DNA of 63,726 bases, the filler included, from Lama guanicoe (Eukaryota), in assembly GCA_013239625.1 (NCBI GenBank). It is 197 parts of 197 records of this genome, joined end to end, with 100 filler letters (N's around TTAATTAATTAA, not from the genome) between each part and the next. Parts side by side here need not be neighbours in the genome. Positions count along the whole stretch, not along the records: positions 25,919 to 26,142 come from PNXV01041760.1; positions 26,243 to 26,466 come from PNXV01041761.1; positions 26,567 to 26,790 come from PNXV01041762.1; positions 26,891 to 27,114 come from PNXV01041763.1; positions 27,215 to 27,438 come from PNXV01041764.1; positions 27,539 to 27,762 come from PNXV01041765.1; positions 27,863 to 28,086 come from PNXV01041766.1; positions 28,187 to 28,410 come from PNXV01041767.1; 189 more parts are not named here. The stretch is one strand, 5' to 3'. Positions 25,919-38,554 of this stretch are shown in pieces. The position numbers and the translations under genes are program-made. Under the pieces are notes generated by a model. That model worked only from the letters and a program-made list of their open reading frames with translations, was not told the DNA's origin and did no database searches. Numbering within the stretch: the first letter of the stretch is position 1; each line of letters opens with the position of its first letter.

Positions 25919-26115
25919 AATGTCCTTTTTAAAGATACCCCAGAGTTCTCCCTCATCCTTTCTGCCACGTGTGGACACAGTGGTTCTCACCAGACACCAG
26001 TCTTCAGGGGTCTTGATTGTGAACTTCCCAGCCTCCAGAATCGTGAGAGATACACTTCTGTGTTTCTAAGCTACCCACTCTATGGTGGTCTGCCATAGTA
26101 GCCCGAACAGGAAGC
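25919..26115 (+). mobile_element. MaLR LTR (MLT1/MST type)
   Basis: 'tcttgattgtgaacttcccagcctccagaatcgtgaga...taagctaccca...tatggt'. Confidence 0.85.
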
Positions 26116-26890
26116 CTGATATAAAAATCCAAGGTATGTAAANNNNNNNNNNNNNNNNNNNNNNNNNNNNNNNNNNNNNNNNNNNNTTAATTAATTAANN
26201 NNNNNNNNNNNNNNNNNNNNNNNNNNNNNNNNNNNNNNNNNNCCAAAGAGAATGAAGAGACCAGACAGGATTAATGCTTTGAGTGAAACCCCACCGAGGA
26301 AGAGGGTCTTTCTGGGCTGTTAAATCAGTAGTGAGTATAGATTCCGGTCCCACAGGGAATCTTATTTAAAATCCCCTGCCATCTGAGTAGGACTCTGCAG
26401 GAATGCAGGCAATTCTGCCCACCACAGTCTGAGTAACTGGATATTAAAATGGAAGTTTTAGCTGGANNNNNNNNNNNNNNNNNNNNNNNNNNNNNNNNNN
26501 NNNNNNNNNNTTAATTAATTAANNNNNNNNNNNNNNNNNNNNNNNNNNNNNNNNNNNNNNNNNNNNAGATTGTTTTCCATGGCCCTGAGTCTATTTTGGT
26601 TTGTAAATAAGATTTGTATCATTTTGGTGAGAGTCCACATACAAGTGATATCATATCTTACTCAACAAGGAGTAAGCAATAGGCTTCACTCAGCCTGCTG
26701 GACCTTCCTCAGTTCCAAAGGGCAGGTTCAAACAGGTGCTGATCAGGGACGTGAGGGAATGCAGAGACAGGGCAGGACCGGTCAGGAAACNNNNNNNNNN
26801 NNNNNNNNNNNNNNNNNNNNNNNNNNNNNNNNNNTTAATTAATTAANNNNNNNNNNNNNNNNNNNNNNNNNNNNNNNNNNNNNNNNNNNN

Positions 26891-27438
26891 TAGCTGAGTT
26901 GTAAAGAGGTCTTTATGCCTGGGAGCCAGCCCTTTGCTGTTCTTACACGACCACCTGATACGCTACTGTATTTATGTACATAGTTTGCGTTGAATGTGAA
27001 TCTGCCTCAAATCAATCATTTTTTTCCCTTGGGATTTTAGAACTTGAGATGATTAAGAAATCTGTAGCGGCCTCTCCAATATAAGAGTTCCATGATGTAA
27101 ACTTTGCTCTTCTGNNNNNNNNNNNNNNNNNNNNNNNNNNNNNNNNNNNNNNNNNNNNTTAATTAATTAANNNNNNNNNNNNNNNNNNNNNNNNNNNNNN
27201 NNNNNNNNNNNNNNTAGCTGAGTTGTAAAGAGGTCTTTATGCCTGGGAGCCAGCCCTTTGCTGCTCTTACACGACCACCTGATACGCTACTGTATTTATG
27301 TACATACTTTGGGGTTGAATGTGAATCTGCCTCAAATCAATCATTTTTTCCCTTGGGATTTTAGAACTTGAGATGATTAAGAAATCTGCAGCGGCCTCTC
27401 CAATATAAGAGTTCCATGATGTAAACTTTGCTCTTCTG
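26891..27438 (+). repeat. Near-identical contig pair 1 (26891-27114 vs 27215-27438)
   Basis: Identical first 49 and last 49 bp; about 4 substitutions plus two compensating 1-bp indels between them. Confidence 0.97.
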
Positions 27439-30400
27439 NNNNNNNNNNNNNNNNNNNNNNNNNNNNNNNNNNNNNNNNNNNNTTAATTAATTAANNNNNN
27501 NNNNNNNNNNNNNNNNNNNNNNNNNNNNNNNNNNNNNNTCAGAATAAAAGTGTGTTGGAGCTGGAGCCCCTTCTTGCTTTCCAGGATTCCCACCAAGATC
27601 AGTCCCCAGAACCCTGGGTTTATTCATTTTGATCACAAATGTTTTTCTGAGCAACTATTACATACTGGGCCCTTTTCTAGGGTCAGAGAATTCTGTATGA
27701 ATAACACAGAAATGTCCCCTACTGTCATGGAACTAACCTAATGACAGGGGTGGAAGGCAACTNNNNNNNNNNNNNNNNNNNNNNNNNNNNNNNNNNNNNN
27801 NNNNNNTTAATTAATTAANNNNNNNNNNNNNNNNNNNNNNNNNNNNNNNNNNNNNNNNNNNNTTTTTTTTAAACAATTTAAGCCATTTCAGGTTTCTGTT
27901 TCTTGGAAGCCAAATGCATCCAAAATATATAAGTATTATTTTTGTTTTGTTCTCTATCTAACTCTCTCTTTTTCAATAGGGAATACCTGTTTAGATTTCC
28001 CAAAAGGTTTTACCAATGTCTTTGGATCAAAAGGGAAAATACAAAAGCAATAATCTGAAGTTCAATCTTTATTAGATCTTCAGGGANNNNNNNNNNNNNN
28101 NNNNNNNNNNNNNNNNNNNNNNNNNNNNNNTTAATTAATTAANNNNNNNNNNNNNNNNNNNNNNNNNNNNNNNNNNNNNNNNNNNNTTCTCAGGCAACAC
28201 AAGGTTAATCCCTTCAGATGGAGGTAGAGAGGCCAGCATCACTGGAATGGGGAAACCATTTCCACTAGGTTTGGGAGACTTCCTTCACCAGCAAGAAACA
28301 ATTCCTCGGAATTTGGGTTCTCAATGTTCTGAGCTTCATTCTGGTCTTCCCACGTGCTACAAACTCAACTTGAAAAATCCCATTCTTTCCCAGTCAATGC
28401 CTTCACCATANNNNNNNNNNNNNNNNNNNNNNNNNNNNNNNNNNNNNNNNNNNNTTAATTAATTAANNNNNNNNNNNNNNNNNNNNNNNNNNNNNNNNNN
28501 NNNNNNNNNNTCGAGACATGCAGCAGCCCTTAGAAGTCTCCTTTTACCAATAAACATTGTTATTTTTCAAAAGCTTGTATTTAATGTATAGAAATTGTTA
28601 TTCTAACATTTTAGGACAGTGCTTTCTGAGTTCAATGGTAATTATCTGAACTTATGTCTATAACTAGGTGCACAGAGGCAACTTATTTATTTGGTCTAAT
28701 TTATTTACTGTCTCATTTTGAATTCTTAATTTATNNNNNNNNNNNNNNNNNNNNNNNNNNNNNNNNNNNNNNNNNNNNTTAATTAATTAANNNNNNNNNN
28801 NNNNNNNNNNNNNNNNNNNNNNNNNNNNNNNNNNTAGGGAAAAGCCTTTCTTATCAGAAAAATGGGTTCTTCTGAAACTGAAACACATGTTAAGTGCTTA
28901 CTTAGCAATAGTACCTGGTGTGCAGCCAGTCCTAACTAGCGGCTATATTGACAAACCAGCTTTGGTTCCTCCCTTCAAATCATGCCTCAGCTCAAGATGG
29001 GACAAATAAATAAAACAGTTAAAATGCGTGCATTTATTTATTCTTTACTATTACTGAANNNNNNNNNNNNNNNNNNNNNNNNNNNNNNNNNNNNNNNNNN
29101 NNTTAATTAATTAANNNNNNNNNNNNNNNNNNNNNNNNNNNNNNNNNNNNNNNNNNNNTGATTTTTGCCATAGTAAGTTAAAATATGCCTATTATTTCTC
29201 AGAATTATTCTCCAAAACTGCCCATTAATTCTCTGTATTATTTATGACATTGTTTCATGGGTACTGAAAATAAAAAAGGATGTAAAGAATAGAAGTGTTA
29301 AAGTTTACATCTATTATAATTTACCCCTTTAAACTCATTTTTCTTCTAGTTTTAAATTTCTGTAGTACTTTAAGACAAAACTNNNNNNNNNNNNNNNNNN
29401 NNNNNNNNNNNNNNNNNNNNNNNNNNTTAATTAATTAANNNNNNNNNNNNNNNNNNNNNNNNNNNNNNNNNNNNNNNNNNNNCAGCATCATTTTACTGCT
29501 GGGAAAACTGAGGCTCAGAGGAGAGGGAGTAACTCTAGGTCACACTGTGAGTCGGTGGCAGAGAGGGGGTGAGAAGCCAGAATGAGCTGCTGTCACCCCG
29601 CCCAGCTCTCCTTCCTCGCTCCTTAGTGCCTGCTCCTCTGTTTCTGCCTCCCGGGACCCCCTGACCCCTCTGGTAGCCCTCTCCCATCTCATCCTATCCT
29701 GGCCATNNNNNNNNNNNNNNNNNNNNNNNNNNNNNNNNNNNNNNNNNNNNTTAATTAATTAANNNNNNNNNNNNNNNNNNNNNNNNNNNNNNNNNNNNNN
29801 NNNNNNATAAATTAAAAAAAGAGAACACAGGCTCTGAAAGCACCTGTCTGACTTCGTCTTCCGGGGGCTGCTACGTGTGCGCTGTGTGACCTTGGGCGAG
29901 GACCATGGGGCTGAGAACTGGAGCGCAGGCCACGGCTTCACACGGCTTCTCCAGCATGAGCACGAGTGACAAGTCAGACAAACAAAACCAGGGTCCGTCC
30001 CACCCCACCTTTGTTCCATCCTCTGATTCTNNNNNNNNNNNNNNNNNNNNNNNNNNNNNNNNNNNNNNNNNNNNTTAATTAATTAANNNNNNNNNNNNNN
30101 NNNNNNNNNNNNNNNNNNNNNNNNNNNNNNACACATCCTGAATTTCTGAAGAAACATGTGCCATCTCAAATAACTTTTTTTACATCTACTCTTCTAATCT
30201 GCATGATTTTGAGCACTGCAGTCTCAAATGCTGCTTTGGCAGACCTGCTGAGATAAACTGCTAAGCCATCACAACGGTTCTCATCTTGAGTAACTGTGAC
30301 ATCAGAAAATGACTGGTCTCCTAGCAACTAAAGTGTGACGTTCAGCCATTGTTTNNNNNNNNNNNNNNNNNNNNNNNNNNNNNNNNNNNNNNNNNNNNTT

Positions 30401-32074
30401 AATTAATTAANNNNNNNNNNNNNNNNNNNNNNNNNNNNNNNNNNNNNNNNNNNNAGGAGCTGCAGGAGCGGCAGGAGGGAGCTCGGGGTCTCCTGCTGGA
30501 TCCTGATGTTCCTGTTTTTAGTCTCTGGCATCTCCCCCTGCCCCCACCTGCTCTGTAACTGTTGGAAGTGGAGAGAGCTTTCAGTCTTGTGGAAGTGCTC
30601 GTGCTGTGAGAGAGGAAAAATTTACCCATGTGCCTCCCTTTCCATGTGCCTCTTCAAGGACAGAAACCTTCCCAGAGCNNNNNNNNNNNNNNNNNNNNNN
30701 NNNNNNNNNNNNNNNNNNNNNNTTAATTAATTAANNNNNNNNNNNNNNNNNNNNNNNNNNNNNNNNNNNNNNNNNNNNAACCTCTAGACAACCCTTCCAT
30801 GGCCTCTGAGGGCTGCGGAGTTCTAGAACGGGGCGGCAGTTACCACCCTCCTCTGCCTGGGCTTCTGCATCCACGTCCCTCTGCCTCTGCCGCCGGGGCT
30901 GCTCCCATAGGTTTCCTGCTTTTGGTGGCCTCCAGGCAAGAAAAGTTACTTGTTTCTCTGTACGCCTCCTTCCCCGCATTCTGCAGATGCATTTCATGCT
31001 CTNNNNNNNNNNNNNNNNNNNNNNNNNNNNNNNNNNNNNNNNNNNNTTAATTAATTAANNNNNNNNNNNNNNNNNNNNNNNNNNNNNNNNNNNNNNNNNN
31101 NNCAGCTTCACCGTTCTCTCCGGCAGGGATGTCCTGACAACCATCAGCTGCTAGGCTACTCAATTCCACCTTCATCTCATCCACAGCAGCAGAGGAGACA
31201 GAAGGATCACGGAGGGAAGCTTGTCAAACTGCAGCTGTCCAGTCTCTACACCCGGGAAATTATGGTTCAGTCAGTCCAGCTGGTCTAGAGTAGAGGCCAG
31301 GAACCTGCATGTTTAACAAGCCTTTTNNNNNNNNNNNNNNNNNNNNNNNNNNNNNNNNNNNNNNNNNNNNTTAATTAATTAANNNNNNNNNNNNNNNNNN
31401 NNNNNNNNNNNNNNNNNNNNNNNNNNCGATAAGGCATAGAAGTCTTAGAAAGTTTACAACATCTTTCTCCAATAGTTTAAAGATGCCTCATCCTATTTGT
31501 GTTTGTCAAAAGGGCAAACTTCAGTTCCAAGATTTATATTCCAGTCCCTGCCTCAGTCCTTTCAACCCTACTCTGTCATTCTTCCCTACAGGACAGATTT
31601 TGAGTCTTGACCATCAGAATCCATCCTACACGACAGATGCCCTTTGACTTNNNNNNNNNNNNNNNNNNNNNNNNNNNNNNNNNNNNNNNNNNNNTTAATT
31701 AATTAANNNNNNNNNNNNNNNNNNNNNNNNNNNNNNNNNNNNNNNNNNNNCTCGGTGACCTACTGGGCACACTTACCGCGTGACTGTCCCAAGGATGGGC
31801 ACAAGGTCTTCAAGATGCCCACACAGGCGAGGGCCAGGAGGAAGCCCCAGACCCCTGCGCTGGCTGTTACCCTTCCCCGTCACGAGTGGTAGCTCCCTGT
31901 GGCCACACTCCCTTTGCAAGTGCCAGGCTGTCACCGTCCCCATGAAGATCCAGGGATGATCTTAGCCTAGGATCNNNNNNNNNNNNNNNNNNNNNNNNNN
32001 NNNNNNNNNNNNNNNNNNTTAATTAATTAANNNNNNNNNNNNNNNNNNNNNNNNNNNNNNNNNNNNNNNNNNNN

Positions 32075-32298
32075 ACTATTATTATGCCCATTTTACAGAT
32101 GAGAAAACAGAGGCACAGAGAGGTTAAGTAATATTATGGGTTGAATTGTGTCCTCCCTGAATTCATATGTTAAAATACTACCCACTCCCCACCCCCGGGT
32201 ACCTCAGAATGTGAGCTTAATTGGAGATTGGGTCTTACAGAGGTAATCAAGTTAAAATGAGACTGTTAGAGTGGGCCCTAATCCAACATGACCAGTGT
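32075..32298. mobile_element. MIR (32075-32130) abutting the start of an MLT1 LTR (32131-32298)
   Basis: 'cccattttacagatgagaaaacagaggcacagagaggttaagtaa', then 'tatgggttgaattgtgtcc...gtacctcagaatgtga...gggccctaatccaa'. Confidence 0.88.
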
Positions 32299-32398
32299 NN
32301 NNNNNNNNNNNNNNNNNNNNNNNNNNNNNNNNNNNNNNNNNNTTAATTAATTAANNNNNNNNNNNNNNNNNNNNNNNNNNNNNNNNNNNNNNNNNNNN

Positions 32399-32622
32399 TC
32401 TCAGGGAGACCACAATAAGGCCTCTTGCCTACAATTTCTGCTCACTCTCTCTGCCTCCTGACTGATCCTGCTCCTTCGTGCGGCCCCGCGGCATGGCGTT
32501 CCCCTTCGTTATGGGAACTGGGAATATAACGAGCTATTTTTTCAATGGTAGTTGTTTCCTCATCTGTTGGACCTGGTATACCTGGTATACCTGAATAACG
32601 ATGAAACCTATATTTAGAAACA
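32399..32622 (+). mobile_element. ERVL LTR 3' end (MER74/MER73-like)
   Basis: 'ctctctctgcctcctgactga...atgggaactg...tttcaatggt...acctgaataa...aaaccta...aaaca'. Includes a 9-bp tandem duplication (acctggtat)2. Confidence 0.65.
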
Positions 32623-33229
32623 NNNNNNNNNNNNNNNNNNNNNNNNNNNNNNNNNNNNNNNNNNNNTTAATTAATTAANNNNNNNNNNNNNNNNNNNNNN
32701 NNNNNNNNNNNNNNNNNNNNNNCGATAAGGCATAGAAGTCTTAGAAAGTTTACAACATCTTTCTCCAATAGCTTTAAGATGCCTCATCCTATTTGTGTTT
32801 GTCATAAGGGCAAACTTCAGTTCCAAGATTTATATTCCAGTCCCCGCCTCAGTCCTTTCAACCTTACTCTGTCATTCTTCCCTACAGGACAGATTTCGAG
32901 TCTTGACCATCAGAATCCATCCTACACGACAGATGCCCTTTGACTTNNNNNNNNNNNNNNNNNNNNNNNNNNNNNNNNNNNNNNNNNNNNTTAATTAATT
33001 AANNNNNNNNNNNNNNNNNNNNNNNNNNNNNNNNNNNNNNNNNNNNGTGCTAATCATAGAGGTGATATATACATGGATAACAGGCATGCCTTTGGAGCAG
33101 TCTCGGATTTGGGAATGCTATAAACAGGAGAGATATTTTTTCCTTTAATGTCTGAAGAAATCTCAATTTAAAGGGATTAGACCATTTAAGACATTTCTAC
33201 AAAGGTGACTACTATAAAAACACAGATCC

Positions 33230-33270
33230 GGGGGGCGGGGATAGCTCAGTGGTAAAGTGCATGCTTAGCA
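33230..33270 (+). mobile_element. tRNA-Ala-derived SINE (Vic-1 type), 5' part
   Basis: 'ggggatagctcagtggtaaagtgcatgcttagca' at the contig end. Confidence 0.85.
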
Positions 33271-33694
33271 NNNNNNNNNNNNNNNNNNNNNNNNNNNNNN
33301 NNNNNNNNNNNNNNTTAATTAATTAANNNNNNNNNNNNNNNNNNNNNNNNNNNNNNNNNNNNNNNNNNNNCTCTCTGACTTAAAATAAAAAGCCTTCTTC
33401 CTTGGGATAGGTGATGAGAAGTCAAGAAACTCCCTGCATTTTTTCTCTAAGTTAAAGATTCTTCTAATATCAAATGCCTCATTCTTTTGTTCCCTCAGTA
33501 TATGTGCAGTTTTTAAGAATCTCAAAACTGGTTTTATTCATAACCTTTTGTGTAAATCCTACTAAGTGGTAGATTTTAATAGCCTGGTACACAGNNNNNN
33601 NNNNNNNNNNNNNNNNNNNNNNNNNNNNNNNNNNNNNNTTAATTAATTAANNNNNNNNNNNNNNNNNNNNNNNNNNNNNNNNNNNNNNNNNNNN

Positions 33695-33918
33695 GTCATC
33701 ATCAAGTCCTGTCAATTCTACCAAGAAAATTAACACTCCGGCTTTTTTCTTTTGTCTCCCCACCATGGTCACTGTCCCTGTCTACGCCACCAGCACCTCC
33801 TGCTTGGATAGCTATAAAGGCTTCTCCTCCGGTCCCCTCCACCAGCTCTTACTTCACAGTCCACTCTTTGTACGTTGGTCGAGTCATCTTCCTTACGCAG
33901 AGAACCTTGGAGCATTGA
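33695..33918 (+). mobile_element. L2 fragment
   Basis: 'catcaagtcctgtcaattctacc...gccaccagcacctcctgcttgga'. Confidence 0.6.
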
Positions 33919-36610
33919 NNNNNNNNNNNNNNNNNNNNNNNNNNNNNNNNNNNNNNNNNNNNTTAATTAATTAANNNNNNNNNNNNNNNNNNNNNNNNNN
34001 NNNNNNNNNNNNNNNNNNTGTGTGTGTGTTTAATGAGTCCATCTGCTTTGCTGCTTTAGGTTTCAAGCAGCCACAGCATGTCCCATCTTGATGAGCTTCC
34101 CTTGCCTCTTTAATTCTATTGTCCTTCACCTTTTGACCATAGAACATAGAAAGTCTTGGAGTGTTTGCCTGTTTGATTGTCTGTTTGCTTGCTTGCTGTT
34201 TCCTTCAGGGTTTGAACTCTAGCTTTTATTTCTCTGCTTACCNNNNNNNNNNNNNNNNNNNNNNNNNNNNNNNNNNNNNNNNNNNNTTAATTAATTAANN
34301 NNNNNNNNNNNNNNNNNNNNNNNNNNNNNNNNNNNNNNNNNNGGAACCACGGACGAGGAGACGAGGACTCCGGGCACCGTATCGTCGCCACGGCTGCATG
34401 GGATGTCCCGCTTCAGGGTCCGGGCAGGGACACCCAACATCTAGAACCACTCTCGGGGTCCAGGGTTGGTCAACTTTTTTAAAAAACAGCCTCGATCGAC
34501 CTTTTATACAAACTTCACAACATCTTCCTGTTTCAGGAGAGGCTTGGACTCCACGCTGGGCCCAGTNNNNNNNNNNNNNNNNNNNNNNNNNNNNNNNNNN
34601 NNNNNNNNNNTTAATTAATTAANNNNNNNNNNNNNNNNNNNNNNNNNNNNNNNNNNNNNNNNNNNNCTAATTATATCACAGTGAGCACTGGGTCATGACT
34701 GGGTAGGCCCTTGTCACTACTGTGCAGTTGCAGCTTTTGGGTTCTAACCAACTTGTGGGTTTTTTTTTGTTTGTTTGTTTGTTTGTTTTTTTTTGCTGGC
34801 ACTCTTTATGCTGAAGGCGGGCATACCTCCATCTACAAGACCTACAAGACCATCTGTTAGTCAGTTAGATAGAAATGAGCACTGGGCAGANNNNNNNNNN
34901 NNNNNNNNNNNNNNNNNNNNNNNNNNNNNNNNNNTTAATTAATTAANNNNNNNNNNNNNNNNNNNNNNNNNNNNNNNNNNNNNNNNNNNNATGTTCTCAT
35001 AAGAAATGGAAATTGCTTTATGATGGGCAATAGGCTAAATTGTTTTGAGAGGGCAATTTGGGCTCCCTGTGTTTCTCATTAGGAATTAAGTTCTACTGCA
35101 TTTAAAAATCGATGATCGATTGCTCACAGGGGCTGCTTAAAGCTATTGATTAAAATCAGGATAGTGGAGAGAATTACATCAACAAAGCTTTTCGAATGCT
35201 GGGCTGGTGCAAGTNNNNNNNNNNNNNNNNNNNNNNNNNNNNNNNNNNNNNNNNNNNNTTAATTAATTAANNNNNNNNNNNNNNNNNNNNNNNNNNNNNN
35301 NNNNNNNNNNNNNNAAGTCTCCTGGGGCTTTGCAGAAATATCTTTTTCTCTATCAGATCAAGATGTCCTCGAAATGTGAAGACCCTGGCCTCTTGTCCCC
35401 TTCTTTGCTTTAGGTGCCGCCTTCTGAGGTCATGATGCTTGGGGTTATGCCAGTCCTACTTTGATTCTCGGCAGAGACTTTACTAACGTGAAGGCTGAGA
35501 ATCAGAGAAATAGTCTGAGCTGTGGAATCAGCCTCAGANNNNNNNNNNNNNNNNNNNNNNNNNNNNNNNNNNNNNNNNNNNNTTAATTAATTAANNNNNN
35601 NNNNNNNNNNNNNNNNNNNNNNNNNNNNNNNNNNNNNNTGGCCTGGAGCCTTGTCCTCCAGCCCAAGTCCAAGGGGGATGTGACAGCATGGAGCTGCAGG
35701 CCACTTTTTTCTTCTAGGCAAGTGTCAGGAGCAATTCAAGTCCCAATGCTCTTTGGCTGTGAGCACCACAGAAATCCCTTTGTTGGGTCACAGAGCTCCC
35801 ATTCCTCAGCCCTGGGGGCCTCCCTTTTTTGCCACTGACTGGACCAGTTCTCAGTGCAACCCNNNNNNNNNNNNNNNNNNNNNNNNNNNNNNNNNNNNNN
35901 NNNNNNTTAATTAATTAANNNNNNNNNNNNNNNNNNNNNNNNNNNNNNNNNNNNNNNNNNNNATCCCAGTCAAGACGTGGGACATTTCTACCACCCCAGA
36001 AAGTTCGTTTGCACCTTTTCCAGACAATCCCTCCTCATAGGCAACCACCATAACCAGGACTTCAACCACCACTGATGAGCTTTGCCTGTTTTTCAAACTA
36101 CCTATCAATGAAATCACAAAACACTACAGTTCTTATTAACTAATTCCTGAACAAATCTTCTCCCATTGAGTTAAATATTACAGCAGNNNNNNNNNNNNNN
36201 NNNNNNNNNNNNNNNNNNNNNNNNNNNNNNTTAATTAATTAANNNNNNNNNNNNNNNNNNNNNNNNNNNNNNNNNNNNNNNNNNNNATTTTATATAATAA
36301 AACAATCATTTTCTTTATGCTCTTTAGAATGGGTTTGTTCTATTTAATGGACATTTTGGATAATGTCTACTGTGAGAGAACCTCTCTAGTCCTTGATGCA
36401 GTTACTTGTACTGACTGCATCCTACACTGACAACACCTATCTGATGGTGCTAAAGATCATTCTTTAGATCATGAAACCTAGTACTTCCTCTCTGAAATCC
36501 ATTCTGGCCTNNNNNNNNNNNNNNNNNNNNNNNNNNNNNNNNNNNNNNNNNNNNTTAATTAATTAANNNNNNNNNNNNNNNNNNNNNNNNNNNNNNNNNN
36601 NNNNNNNNNN

Positions 36611-36834
36611 TGTCTTAAATCACTTCCAAAAATTAACTTAAACTGGGTCAAAGACTTAAACGTGACTTGAAACCATAAAATTCCTTGAAGCCCTAGAGGA
36701 AAATCTCTTTGACATTGACCTTTACAACAACATTTTGGATATAACAACAAAAGTACAAGCAACAAAAACAAAAATAAACATATCAAACTAAAAAGCTTCT
36801 GCACAACAGAAGAAATGATAAAGACGCAATCTAC
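36611..36834 (+). mobile_element. L1 ORF2 fragment
   Basis: 'aaaattaacttaaactgggtcaaagacttaaacgtga...atcaaactaaaaagcttctgcaca'. Confidence 0.9.
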
Positions 36835-37339
36835 NNNNNNNNNNNNNNNNNNNNNNNNNNNNNNNNNNNNNNNNNNNNTTAATTAATTAANNNNNNNNNN
36901 NNNNNNNNNNNNNNNNNNNNNNNNNNNNNNNNNNACACAGAACGCGACCCTGCTGCTGTCGGGGCAGAATGCGCGTAACAGCTGTCGGGCCAAATGGCTG
37001 GCGCTGGGCTTCGCGTCTCCTCATCCTGTGCCTACTTTCTAACAGCTGGGTCCGCGGATACCTGGCGGACGGCTGCTGGCATCTCCGCCTGTGACGGCAG
37101 ACCTGTCGGCATGGCGCTGAGGTGCCGTCAGCTCTTGCTGACCTTTGATGAGCGCATCNNNNNNNNNNNNNNNNNNNNNNNNNNNNNNNNNNNNNNNNNN
37201 NNTTAATTAATTAANNNNNNNNNNNNNNNNNNNNNNNNNNNNNNNNNNNNNNNNNNNNTGGATCTTGTGCCCCTTTGACATATCCCTACCTACCTACCTA
37301 TATATGTAGGTATTAACACTATATATGTATATAAATATT

Positions 37340-37482
37340 TATTACTTTCTGGTACTACAAGACGTGCCCGGGCCATTTTGTATATGTACTGCCCCGCTCC
37401 TAGAATTGGCCATTTCTCCATGGAACCCTGGTCCCTCTCGTTAGAGGATGGTATTAGAAACCAAGATCTGGTTACCAGGTGT
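37340..37482 (-). mobile_element. L1MC-type 3' UTR fragment
   Basis: 'actttctggtactacaaga...ccatttctccatggaaccctgg...tggtattagaaaccaagatctgg'. Confidence 0.75.
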
Positions 37483-38554
37483 NNNNNNNNNNNNNNNNNN
37501 NNNNNNNNNNNNNNNNNNNNNNNNNNTTAATTAATTAANNNNNNNNNNNNNNNNNNNNNNNNNNNNNNNNNNNNNNNNNNNNGTTCTTGTTTAGCTGCAG
37601 CTGTTAAGCAGCTGCCTCATTATACTCTCCACGTGGTAAAATTCCTAGTGAAAACGGAGAGAGAATTACAGCGTCGGAAGGAGGCAAAAAACAGAAACAG
37701 TGACAACGAGAGAGGCCATAGGGATGCAATTAGAGTGTATGGTAGTGAGTCTTTTATGGCTGATGTTCAGTGTTCACTTAGAAGGCAATGATGACCTTGG
37801 TTAAACNNNNNNNNNNNNNNNNNNNNNNNNNNNNNNNNNNNNNNNNNNNNTTAATTAATTAANNNNNNNNNNNNNNNNNNNNNNNNNNNNNNNNNNNNNN
37901 NNNNNNGGGAGGAGATGGGAGAACAATTCTCAAGTCCATGTCGCCGAAGGGGAGGAGCTTGGGATATTTATGGGTGAAGAGTATAGGGTGGTTGGATGTG
38001 TAGGATATACGTGACTGGAGGCAGGGAAAAAGTGAGGCAATCCCTGCTCTGTGCGGACGTATTTGAGTTACATGCTGTTCATGGGACGCATGTTCAGAAA
38101 ATTATGGCATTAGCATGACCTGAGGGTGGANNNNNNNNNNNNNNNNNNNNNNNNNNNNNNNNNNNNNNNNNNNNTTAATTAATTAANNNNNNNNNNNNNN
38201 NNNNNNNNNNNNNNNNNNNNNNNNNNNNNNAGTAATAACAAGTTTACTAATCTTACAACGTTACTTCAGAATTGTGTCACGGCTAATGTATAAAGATTTA
38301 ATCCCTGGAATGTGGGGGGGGGGGGAATCTGCTTTGCCACGCTGCTGACTGTTACGCTCACCAGGCAAATGAATATATGACGTGAGCTCACTTTGCATGA
38401 AGATCTTATTTTTATGTATTTTTTGAAAATTATAGTTTGATAGCTTAAAGCGTTNNNNNNNNNNNNNNNNNNNNNNNNNNNNNNNNNNNNNNNNNNNNTT
38501 AATTAATTAANNNNNNNNNNNNNNNNNNNNNNNNNNNNNNNNNNNNNNNNNNNN

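Larger units (their letters stand above)
31427..32946 (+). repeat. Near-identical contig pair 2 (31427-31650 vs 32723-32946)
   Basis: Identical 49-bp ends; 6 mismatched positions. Confidence 0.97.

Noticed and set aside
26891..27438. Tandem duplication, since pair 1 copies are adjacent
   Set aside because: They are separate contigs with the same 49-bp bubble signature as the non-adjacent pairs; adjacency reflects file order.
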